DNA of 38,860 nucleotides, taken from the sequence record SRR20825019_232; one strand, 5' to 3'. Numbering within the stretch: position 1 is the first letter of the stretch; each line of letters begins with the position of its first letter. Below are positions 9,242 through 17,659 of this stretch, in pieces. A model generated the notes under the pieces. The model was not told the origin of the DNA and made no database searches. It saw only the letters and a list, made by a program, of their open reading frames with translations. The translations under genes were made by a program, and so were the position numbers.

Positions 9242-9898
9242 TCACAAGTCAAAGCCCTTTACAATCCCTGTTTGGATCGCATAGCGGAAGATTCCAGCAG
9301 CGTTTTTCACATCCAATTTGCTCAAAATACTTTTCCGATGGCTGTTAATCGTGTGGGTGCTCAGAAACAATTCTTCGGCAATTTCAGCCGTGCTTTTCTC
9401 AGCTACAATTAGTCGTACAACTTCTTTTTCCCGGTCTGTCAATTCTATGCGTGTTAAGTCGGCAGTTTCACTCGTTTCGACAAATGAATCTAAGAGATTG
9501 TCCAAAATTTCCTTGCTGAAATAGCGTTCTCCGACGCACAAGGTTTCAATCGCTGAAAAGAGAATTTCTTTCCCTGAGTTTTTGAGAATGTAACCATCCG
9601 CCCCAGCAGCAATCAGTGTTTTAATGAACTCGGGACGGTTATACATGCTCAGAATCAGTATTTTTATTTCTGGATACCGCTTTTTTAGACTGCTCGTCAC
9701 TTCAATTCCGTCCATTTCAGGCATGTTAATATCCAAAATCAACACATCAATTTCTTCCGTTTCCTGTATTAGAGTTAAGACTTCATGCCCATCGCGCGCT
9801 TTGGCGACAATCTCATAGTTCGGTTCCATTTCGATGAGTACGGAAAGCCCGTCGAGGATTAACTCATGATCGTCTGCTATGATAATTTTCTTAGTCAA
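9242..9898 (-). CDS. NarL/FixJ (LuxR-HTH) response regulator
   Basis: REC motifs IIADDH, LDINMPEMDG and GYILK; LuxR HTH LTDREKEV...EIAEELFLSTHTINSHRKSILSKL. Confidence 0.95.
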   Translation of the reverse strand: MTKKIIIADDHELILDGLSVLIEMEPNYEIVAKARDGHEVLTLIQETEEIDVLILDINMPEMDGIEVTSSLKKRYPEIKILILSMYNRPEFIKTLIAAGADGYILKNSGKEILFSAIETLCVGERYFSKEILDNLLDSFVETSETADLTRIELTDREKEVVRLIVAEKSTAEIAEELFLSTHTINSHRKSILSKLDVKNAAGIFRYAIQTGIVKGFDL

Positions 9899-11786
9899 TT
9901 TCGGGGAGATTAAAGGTAATTGTATGATGTGTTCCTTTTTCGGTAGTCAATTCATAGCTACCTCCGAGTTTGGCAACGCGACCCTGGATGTTTTTAAGCC
10001 CCATTCCTTTAGTAATAGAAGCAGGGTGGAAGCCATTTCCATTGTCAGAAATCGTTAGATGAATGGTATTTCCTTTCTGAACCAATTTCGCGGAAAGTAG
10101 TGAGGCATTCGCATGTTTGAGGGAATTACTGAATGCTTCCTGAATAATCCGATACACTTGAATTTCTACTTCGGAGTTGAAGCGCTGGTCCTGTGCCTTG
10201 ATGTCGATATTCACGGTCAAATCACTCGCTCCTTCGATGGTTTCTTTTAAATCGCGCAATGCCACGAATAACCCAAATTTTGAAAGTGCTCCTGATACCA
10301 AATTATGGGAGATTTCTCGGGTGTCTTTAATCGCTTTGTCCAATAATTGATACGCTTTTACATGCTTCGGGTCACTTTGAGAGGATTGCACAGGCGATGT
10401 TGCTTCAAAATACATTTTTGCTGCTGAGAGTGTGCTTCCAAGTCGATCGTGCAGATCTTCCGCAATGCGTTTTCGTTCCGTTTCTTGTCCATCTAACATT
10501 GCTTCAATCGATTTTAGCTCTTGATTAACGAGCAACGAACTAATTTCCTGGTTGTGGGCTTCATGTTCGCGTTTTCTGCGCAGTCGTTGAATGTATTGAC
10601 GTTGGAAAAAGAAGGCGATTAGTCCGATGAGTAAAATTCCTGCACCAATGATAATGCTCGTGAAGATGTCCTTTTCGGCCTTGGATTGCGCAATTTCGGA
10701 TTGCTGTTCCAGAAGTTTTCGTTCTTTCTTCTCCGTATTGTATTGAATATTGAGTTCTTCAATTTTTGTACGCGTTTTGGAATCCGAGATCTCCCGTTTT
10801 AGATCGGTCACTTTTTCAAAGTAAAAAAGCGCTGAATCTGCATTTCCCATTTCTTTGTAGAGTTCATATAAATATTGATTCGCAGTAATTCGGTAATCAG
10901 TTAAATTACTTTGTTGAGCGAGCGTATCTGCCGATTGCAAGAGTTTCTTAGATTGTTCGAATTCGTCACTCCAAAGAATTCCGGCAATATTAATATTGAG
11001 GTTCACCAGTTGTTTGTTTTGAGTGTATTTTTTGAAGTAATTGCTGAGCTCCGTGTACCTTTTTAATAGTTCTTTATTCGCCGAGAGATCACCATTTTCT
11101 GCAGCTATTTCGTATTCAGCGATCAACAGATTCATTTCAGATTCTCCGTAGTATTTTTCTTTATGGGTTTCAGGCGTCCATGCGTAACTCAATGAGAAAA
11201 AATCAATAGCTGAAGGGTATTCATACAAACAAAAACTACAAGAACCCAAACTTTGATAGGCAATTGCAACGTTTACCGAGTCTTTGTTTCTTAAAAAGGT
11301 TTCGAGTGATTTTTCAACATTGTTTTTTGCTTTGAGAAAATTTCTGTCTGCGTTCTCGTAATCTTCCTCATCCTCGCGTAGCTTACCAAGCGCCAAATAA
11401 CTATTTCCAATACTCAAACTCGTGGAAGCTGCCCAAGTGCGCTCATCTAAATGCTCTCTCAGTCGAAGTGCCGAATAAAAGGACGCCAGTGCATTGCCCC
11501 ATTGTGCTTTTTTCTGCAGTGCGACTCCTTTTCCATGATATCCCTTTGCAATGACCGAGTTGTCCTGCGCTTTTCTTCCATATTGAATAGCCAATGTTGC
11601 GTAGTGAATGGCCGAATCTGCGTGCACATCGAAGTATTCCTTAGCTATCATTGCGGATATTTCTCCTTTTTTCTGGGCTGTGGAAGCTTTCGTTAATTGT
11701 TGTTTGAGTTGAGAGATAGAATCCTGTTGCGCAGTGCCCAAAAGCGCGAGAAGCAGAAAGAGAAAAAAGAGTGAGCAACTTCGCAT
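9891..11786 (-). CDS. TPR-containing sensor histidine kinase (HisKA_3)
   Basis: signal peptide, extracytoplasmic TPR-like repeats, one TM, ERKRIAEDLHDRLG H-box, NSLKHA / DNGNGF / GMGLKNI ATPase boxes; overlaps the regulator by 8 nt. Confidence 0.93.
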   Translation of the reverse strand: MRSCSLFFLFLLLALLGTAQQDSISQLKQQLTKASTAQKKGEISAMIAKEYFDVHADSAIHYATLAIQYGRKAQDNSVIAKGYHGKGVALQKKAQWGNALASFYSALRLREHLDERTWAASTSLSIGNSYLALGKLREDEEDYENADRNFLKAKNNVEKSLETFLRNKDSVNVAIAYQSLGSCSFCLYEYPSAIDFFSLSYAWTPETHKEKYYGESEMNLLIAEYEIAAENGDLSANKELLKRYTELSNYFKKYTQNKQLVNLNINIAGILWSDEFEQSKKLLQSADTLAQQSNLTDYRITANQYLYELYKEMGNADSALFYFEKVTDLKREISDSKTRTKIEELNIQYNTEKKERKLLEQQSEIAQSKAEKDIFTSIIIGAGILLIGLIAFFFQRQYIQRLRRKREHEAHNQEISSLLVNQELKSIEAMLDGQETERKRIAEDLHDRLGSTLSAAKMYFEATSPVQSSQSDPKHVKAYQLLDKAIKDTREISHNLVSGALSKFGLFVALRDLKETIEGASDLTVNIDIKAQDQRFNSEVEIQVYRIIQEAFSNSLKHANASLLSAKLVQKGNTIHLTISDNGNGFHPASITKGMGLKNIQGRVAKLGGSYELTTEKGTHHTITFNLPEID

Positions 11787-11844
11787 TGCAGTGAATGTTG
11801 GTTTTACTCACTCAATCTACTAAAAGTTATTGGAATATAATCTT

Positions 11845-12207
11845 TTACATACCTCCGCCGCCATTGCTTACAGTCGTGCTTGTACGGCGCTTTCTTTTTG
11901 TTTTGGTACCGTTTTCCGTTGCGCAGTATATCATAAGATATTTATTTGTTAGATTTATGTTTGGTGGACAGTAGGTAGAACCTGGAAATCTTAGCTTTGA
12001 AGGTTCAGAACTGAGAGGATTCTCCTCAACTCGAATCGTCAATGCATAATGTTCTGAACTATGATTAGTCTTTTCATCGTCTGGAGGAGAAAGAAAGGGC
12101 TTTTGCCCCACTTTAAGGTCTCCATCTGGATTATCAATGTAAACAACCAATTCTAATTGATCGTCTCCATTATTCTCAAATTGGTATTCAATATCATACT
12201 TGCTCAT
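11845..12207 (-). CDS. hypothetical protein, beta-rich, with basic and Gly-rich C-terminal tail
   Basis: 120 aa ATG ORF with AT-rich translation initiation region, 24 nt downstream of the caspase gene. Confidence 0.75.
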   Translation of the reverse strand: MSKYDIEYQFENNGDDQLELVVYIDNPDGDLKVGQKPFLSPPDDEKTNHSSEHYALTIRVEENPLSSEPSKLRFPGSTYCPPNINLTNKYLMIYCATENGTKTKRKRRTSTTVSNGGGGM

Positions 12208-12231
12208 AATTATTTATTTTTTGGTTTGTAA

Positions 12232-13074
12232 TTAAAGAAAAGGCGGGAATTGTTCTGAAATCTTCGTGTGTTTATGTCCTTGTACATAGTGCCATTGAGC
12301 CGAATGGACTGGGGCTTTTCTTTCTTTGGACAAAGAGTTCTTAGTCAATTCACGGTTGAGCTCATCAAAAAAATTAGAGAGGTCGGCTTTTGGATTGAGC
12401 TTTTGAAAAGCGCTTTGAAAAGCTAAAGAAAAGTAAGTTTTTGATGTATCTCCTGGAATTATCTGTGTTGTTTCATTTTTGGCCGTTGAGGATATAATTA
12501 CAACAGACGGAGCTATTGAGTGGTGCATTGGATAGCCAGAATGATGTAATAATGGATTGTATATGTCTTGATATTTAGACCAAAATATTTCATCTATTCT
12601 CTTTTTTAGCTTTTGATTTCGCGACTCCATAGCCCCAGAATTACAACTATCTGAGATAACGATAAGTTGGACTCCTGGTTTAAAATCTTGAGCATATTTC
12701 CATAGTTCAAAATGAAACATAACGCGGTCCCATAATGCCCACCCTCTATCTTTATTTTTTGTGTTTTTTAAGAATTTGGCATACTCTTCCTTTACCGGAA
12801 CTGTGTGTCCGCAAAAAGATAACACAAGTAAATCCCCGTCTTCTAGCTCACCTTGAAAATGTATCAATTGTTTTATGAGATTTTCAGCTTTGGCCTCTTT
12901 GTTCACTAGGATGCCTTTAGGGTAGTCCTCAAAACCTAATTTCTTAAAAAAATTGTACATCTCTCTTGCAACGTGGGGACCCGCAGAGAATGGTAAGTCA
13001 ACGTCATAGTGACCTATATCGACTGTGGTTAACCCAATGTTTATCGCATACCTCTTTGGTTTTCTCTCTTCCAT
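12232..13074 (-). CDS. caspase-family (peptidase C14, metacaspase-like) protein
   Basis: YAINIG N-terminal strand, GDLLVLSFCGH (His90) and LIVISDSCNSG (Cys144) dyad motifs. Confidence 0.85.
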   Translation of the reverse strand: MEERKPKRYAINIGLTTVDIGHYDVDLPFSAGPHVAREMYNFFKKLGFEDYPKGILVNKEAKAENLIKQLIHFQGELEDGDLLVLSFCGHTVPVKEEYAKFLKNTKNKDRGWALWDRVMFHFELWKYAQDFKPGVQLIVISDSCNSGAMESRNQKLKKRIDEIFWSKYQDIYNPLLHHSGYPMHHSIAPSVVIISSTAKNETTQIIPGDTSKTYFSLAFQSAFQKLNPKADLSNFFDELNRELTKNSLSKERKAPVHSAQWHYVQGHKHTKISEQFPPFL

Positions 13075-13127
13075 AATTTATTAGTTTAGGATTTCTCCAA
13101 ATCTACCCCAATCATTTCGTTATCAGC

Positions 13128-13143
13128 TCACTACTTCTAGTGA
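13128..13143. promoter_or_regulatory. putative NarL/LuxR regulator box (copy 2), serving divergent promoters
   Basis: TCACTA-CTTC-TAGTGA; 22 nt from minus-strand TAGATTTG (13098..13105) and 22 nt from plus-strand TAACTTGC (13166..13173). Confidence 0.7.
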
Positions 13144-13198
13144 AAGTGAAATCGACAAAAACATGTAACTTGCGGAATAATCTTTTAAATCAACTACT

Positions 13199-13771
13199 AT
13201 GAATACTATTCAAATCATTTCAATCTTTCTAGCGATTGTATGCGCTGGACTTATTTTGTATTTCGGGATAAAAACAGACCTTCTCAGGGAAAAATCAACA
13301 GACACAGAAAAGGAAGGATGTTATAGCTTTTCTCGATTTCAATTTTGGTTATGGACATTAATCATTTGTCCAGTATTTGTTCTTTTTTGGGGATTTAGCG
13401 GTGACAACCCAGATATTAATGTAACAGCTCTTATTTTACTGGGTATTCCCGCAACGGTCACTATTACTTCGTCCGTAGTCGCGAATACGCACGAAGATGT
13501 GCTGCGAAAACAGCAACCAACGGGAGATCTAGAACTCAAGAGATACAGAGAAGGAGGCGCTTTCTGGACGGATTTGTTGACGGACGACAAAGGTCAATTT
13601 TCTATTGCGCGCTTACAAAATCTAATTTTTACGTTCGTTTTTGTAGTAATTTATGTTTCGATGTTCTTTGGAAGCAAAATGACTGCGTTTCCTGATTTCG
13701 AAGACAAAACATTTATCCTCATGGGAATTTCTTCAACGGGATATGTTCTTGGAAAAGCAGTGAAAAAATAA
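13199..13771 (+). CDS. multi-TM membrane protein with internal duplication
   Basis: about 5 hydrophobic segments; repeated (Y/F)SxxR(F/L)Q...T...PD...IL(L/M)GI unit. Confidence 0.85.
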   Translation: MNTIQIISIFLAIVCAGLILYFGIKTDLLREKSTDTEKEGCYSFSRFQFWLWTLIICPVFVLFWGFSGDNPDINVTALILLGIPATVTITSSVVANTHEDVLRKQQPTGDLELKRYREGGAFWTDLLTDDKGQFSIARLQNLIFTFVFVVIYVSMFFGSKMTAFPDFEDKTFILMGISSTGYVLGKAVKK

Positions 13772-13791
13772 GAAAACTCGAAATTACGATC

Positions 13792-14580
13792 TTAATGCTT
13801 TTCCGCGACTATTTTTTTGATAGAAATCAAATCTGAAATGGTGTCCCAAAGAGAAATTCGTTTTTCGAGAGATTGTTTTGCCACGGTGAGAGTTTCAGAC
13901 CATTTTTCGTCATCCTCGCCGCATAATTCAGCGATCATTTGAAGTGAAAGTGGGCCGTGCTCATCTCCATCTAGTTCAATGTGTCTTTCTAGGTAGTAAA
14001 CGAGTTTATCGCAGCGTACATTTTCATTATCTGCGCTTTTTAGAATCTCGATGAACATATCGGGAATCACATCTTCTCTACCGAAGGTAAATGCCGAAGC
14101 GATCAAATGAGTGTGATTCGTTTCAATAATTGAAAAAGAAAATTGTACGAAGTCAGACACTTTGGGGTCAATTTCTAGCTCATTTAAAGCGTCAGTAACG
14201 GTTTTTCCAGCACTGATCAGCGATATGAGTTGTTCGATGTGAGTTGTGTTTGCCCCAATTTGCGACATACTTTCCAGGTACATCTCGAAGTGACTTTTTG
14301 CCTCACCAAGTTCATTGATATCACTTTCCTCACCGTGAACAATTTCATTTATAAACCGTGCGAGTGTTGGATTTTTTACGGGAGTCCATGGGATTTCAAC
14401 GTTCGTCAGTTTCAGTTGCAAGGCCTTTAGAAGAGACATAAAGTCCCACACGGCAAACACGTGGTTCTCCATGAAGGTTTTTATATCGTCAACATTGCTT
14501 AAAACGCTGTAAAGTCTATGTTTTCTCAATTGATCTCTCAATTCAGAAATTTCATTTTCAATCGTCGATATTCTAGTCAT
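13792..14580 (-). CDS. DUF3050 family (heme-oxygenase-like) protein
   Basis: [38 protein letters not shown] and [15 protein letters not shown] motifs. Confidence 0.9.
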   Translation of the reverse strand: MTRISTIENEISELRDQLRKHRLYSVLSNVDDIKTFMENHVFAVWDFMSLLKALQLKLTNVEIPWTPVKNPTLARFINEIVHGEESDINELGEAKSHFEMYLESMSQIGANTTHIEQLISLISAGKTVTDALNELEIDPKVSDFVQFSFSIIETNHTHLIASAFTFGREDVIPDMFIEILKSADNENVRCDKLVYYLERHIELDGDEHGPLSLQMIAELCGEDDEKWSETLTVAKQSLEKRISLWDTISDLISIKKIVAEKH

Positions 14581-14673
14581 ATTCCTTCAATTAAACGAAG
14601 TGCAAAAATACGAAGGAATCTAAGGAGGAACTTAAAATCGGACGAAAAGTGCTCAGTCTTTTTGGCTCATCAC

Positions 14674-15213
14674 TTAACTTGTTGGGAAATGACGAATTCC
14701 ATTGAGAACATATAACTCTTTATTCGAGATTATTGCTTTATCATCTTTAATCACTTTTCCATCTTCATGAACCTCCCAAATCCCGTCCCTATCGCTAAAA
14801 TCGAGATAAACACCGCTTTCAAAACGAATAATATCGTCTCCCCAATAATCTTCTTCTTTGAAATTAATACCTTGATCATCTAGTATTTCTTTCACTCTTT
14901 TTCTTGTCAGATCCCGATTAAGAGTTAAAAACCAGGTGTCAACCTCTATTCGATCATTCTTGAATAATATCATCTCTGCATGGTTAGAACAATCAGCCTG
15001 AAGATGGTCATTCTGAATCGAATTTAAAATTTGGGTATCCGTATAGAAGAAGAATTCATACCAGCCATAGAATAATCCAGTAGAACCTGATCCAAAGTCT
15101 TGATCGGCTTCTGGTTCTCCCAGTAATTGAATTACTTCACTCTTGGCCATACCTATTTTTACAGGTCCAAAATCTCCAGTTAGAGCGAATTTTTCGAGAT
15201 ATATTGTTTCCAT
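14674..15213 (-). CDS. acidic hypothetical protein
   Basis: 179 aa ORF with GPVKIGMAKSEVIQLLGEP motif. Confidence 0.75.
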   Translation of the reverse strand: METIYLEKFALTGDFGPVKIGMAKSEVIQLLGEPEADQDFGSGSTGLFYGWYEFFFYTDTQILNSIQNDHLQADCSNHAEMILFKNDRIEVDTWFLTLNRDLTRKRVKEILDDQGINFKEEDYWGDDIIRFESGVYLDFSDRDGIWEVHEDGKVIKDDKAIISNKELYVLNGIRHFPTS

Positions 15214-15294
15214 TATCTATTTGAATTTAAATGGCTCCTTCTAATTAAAAACGAATTATAAGTATCCCAGTTTAAATCCCCATTATTTCGTATG

Positions 15295-15930
15295 CTAAAT
15301 ATACTTATGCGAACCATCGCAATTCGGCATTCGTTTCGACATTCCACACACGCAATCGTTCATTCCTTTTCCGCTTAAGATTCTTGGAGTATATTGTTCT
15401 ACTCTTGAAATGCGTGTTTTGGATTGCTTCGCAGCGGAAAAGAACATATTGTATGCACGTTGTCGTCCGGGAGTTAGCGCTTCGAAGGCTGTTTTTAGTT
15501 CATCGTTATTAGCCAAAATTTCCTGAAACTCTTCTACCAATTCAAAATCAGTACTCTTCGTGAGTGGTACTTTTAGCCCAGCTTTTTCGATTTCGATTGC
15601 CTCGAAAATGTAGGCTTTTATGACTGGTTCTAGTTCAATAATTTGCTCGAGGCTGGTAAGTTTAAAGAATTTCACCGATTGTGAGTTTTCGCCCGGTGAG
15701 ACAAGAAGATTTTCAGTATCACTCAGTAATACACCTTTAATAAAGCTTAGGACACAATATTCCTTAAACGCACCAAGCAAAGCAATGTTAGACTCACGGT
15801 AGGTATAACACGGAGTGCGCCATTTCAATTCTTCGGTAAGTTGACAATCAAGAAGAATCATTCTTAATTTTTCCATTTCTTCTTGCCATTTCGTGGCTTT
15901 TTCTAAAAATGTATCAACTTTTGGATTCAT
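15295..15930 (-). CDS. YdeI/OmpD-associated (DUF1801) protein with C-terminal CDGSH motif
   Basis: LTEELKWRTPCY, AFEALTPGRQRAY...AKQSKTR and CVCGMSKRMPNCDGSH. Confidence 0.88.
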   Translation of the reverse strand: MNPKVDTFLEKATKWQEEMEKLRMILLDCQLTEELKWRTPCYTYRESNIALLGAFKEYCVLSFIKGVLLSDTENLLVSPGENSQSVKFFKLTSLEQIIELEPVIKAYIFEAIEIEKAGLKVPLTKSTDFELVEEFQEILANNDELKTAFEALTPGRQRAYNMFFSAAKQSKTRISRVEQYTPRILSGKGMNDCVCGMSKRMPNCDGSHKYI

Positions 15931-15971
15931 TGTCTTTCTTGTTTTATATTCGAATATAACTTTTAATTCAT

Positions 15972-17204
15972 CTAGTTAAGTACCACTTTGTGGATCAATC
16001 GATCTCCATTTTGATGGATTAGTTCAATGAAATAGATTCCTCGTTCGAAAAGAGTGAGATCAATTGAGCGCGAACCGATAAACGAATCATTTGCGAGTTC
16101 TTGCCCTGCAGTATTGATCATCTTAAACTGATATTCGAAGTTGTCTTTACTTAAAAGTGTTACTTCAGTTTGTGCAGGATTCGGGAAAATGGAAACAATG
16201 CGATCAAGAGTTGTTTTGTCTACGTTGGCAGTAACGTCGTTTTCGAGCGAAAAAACAACAGGTAAATGATCAGACATGTAATAGAGAGCCGATAGAATCG
16301 TAGCAGGAACGGGGTTTCCAACCGCACAATCCGTAAGGTCTTGATTGTAACAAGTTCCGTTATTCCCGAGAGCTTTATAGCCAGAAAGGTATTGCAAGCT
16401 CATATTGTTTTGAAACAAGGCAGAACTCATGAGGACAAAATCGAACCTGTCATCAACGCCACCGCCAGCACCATCAGAAAGAGCGGTGAGTCGTGTAGAT
16501 TGCGTCAGAATTTCTTTGTTTGGAAAAGATGGACTGTTCCAATCACCTGGTGAATTGATAGGGTCATTCAACTGATTCGGGAGAAATTGCTGAATCAAGT
16601 GCTGATAAGCCGATTCTGAACTTGTATACAAGTTGAAGTCTCCACCACAAAGCACGAAACTATTCGCGGGTAGGGCATTAATTGCCGTTCTCATCACTTG
16701 TGCCATTTCATAACGAAGTTGTTCATTTGCACTTCCTTGAGACGATTTAAGGTGAGTTACAAAAACGTTGAGAAAAACAGTATCACCCGAGCCTTGCGTG
16801 CTATTATTCAAGAACAACTTAAAGTAGTTGATATCGCGATAATTCGTAGTCACAACGTTTTCTTCAGCAAGCCCAAAAATGTCAGCATTGTAAACGATGT
16901 TTTGTTGGAGTTTCCATGAGGTTGTTGGATTCGAAACTTGATCAACGAATGTTCCTGAAACGTAGGTTCCAGTTCCGGCGGCATTTAAGCGAGAAGTGAT
17001 TTCAGCGAGACCATTTGCAGTTTTTAATTCTTGAAGAAGCAAAAGGTCGGGAGTATAGTAATCGAAAATTTTCTCAAGTGTGTCTGCCCGAGAAGTACCT
17101 TCTGTGTAGTTAAGAACGTTGTAACTCATTACTTTGATTTCATTTTGACCAAAGCTTGAATTGAGAATAAGTGCGAATCCGAAAAGGAGAATGATTCTTT
17201 GCAT
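15972..17204 (-). CDS. secreted endonuclease/exonuclease/phosphatase with T9SS type A sorting domain
   Basis: MSYNVLNY, LQE, THLK, GDFN, DRFDF and SDHLPV motifs; C-terminal IFPNPA...GIYFIEL...KVV. Confidence 0.9.
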   Translation of the reverse strand: MQRIILLFGFALILNSSFGQNEIKVMSYNVLNYTEGTSRADTLEKIFDYYTPDLLLLQELKTANGLAEITSRLNAAGTGTYVSGTFVDQVSNPTTSWKLQQNIVYNADIFGLAEENVVTTNYRDINYFKLFLNNSTQGSGDTVFLNVFVTHLKSSQGSANEQLRYEMAQVMRTAINALPANSFVLCGGDFNLYTSSESAYQHLIQQFLPNQLNDPINSPGDWNSPSFPNKEILTQSTRLTALSDGAGGGVDDRFDFVLMSSALFQNNMSLQYLSGYKALGNNGTCYNQDLTDCAVGNPVPATILSALYYMSDHLPVVFSLENDVTANVDKTTLDRIVSIFPNPAQTEVTLLSKDNFEYQFKMINTAGQELANDSFIGSRSIDLTLFERGIYFIELIHQNGDRLIHKVVLN

Positions 17205-17221
17205 AACAGTTTTAATTTCAA

Positions 17222-17229
17222 CAAAGGTA
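17222..17229 (-). promoter_or_regulatory. -7 promoter element of the nuclease gene
   Basis: TACCTTTG on the minus strand. Confidence 0.65.
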
Positions 17230-17592
17230 CAAAATCCAGTCGCGGTACACTTTTCGTATTTGACTGAAATGGACGTTAGGATGCGTACTTTCAGTTGCTT
17301 TTAGAACTTTGATCATCAATAGAGATCGCTTCGTCGTTGGAAAATGCAAATTAATCGATACAATAAGATTGAATTTTCACGGGATTTACTATATTCGCTA
17401 TCGCTTGCTAAACCAAGAGCTTGGATTTAATAGAAACAAATCCATAGTTGCTCTCACCCTTACTTTTACAACACTACGAATTTTAGAAATATAATACACC
17501 AAAATAGAGTTGTGTTTGATGATCTCGGTTTTATCCGACAGGAAGCATAACTAACAACGAAATTGAACAAAGTATAACGATGATTGATCCCT

Positions 17593-17630
17593 AAGAAAAA
17601 CGAAGTGAATTTTCACTTCGTTTTTCTTTT
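17593..17630. terminator. bidirectional intrinsic terminator
   Basis: AAGAAAAACGAAGTGA-ATTT-TCACTTCGTTTTTCTT perfect 16-bp inverted repeat. Confidence 0.85.
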
Positions 17631-17659
17631 ATAATAGAATTCGAATTATTTCATGATTA

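Noticed and set aside
11845-12207. Bacterial gasdermin next to the caspase
   Set aside because: Far too short and no recognisable gasdermin features
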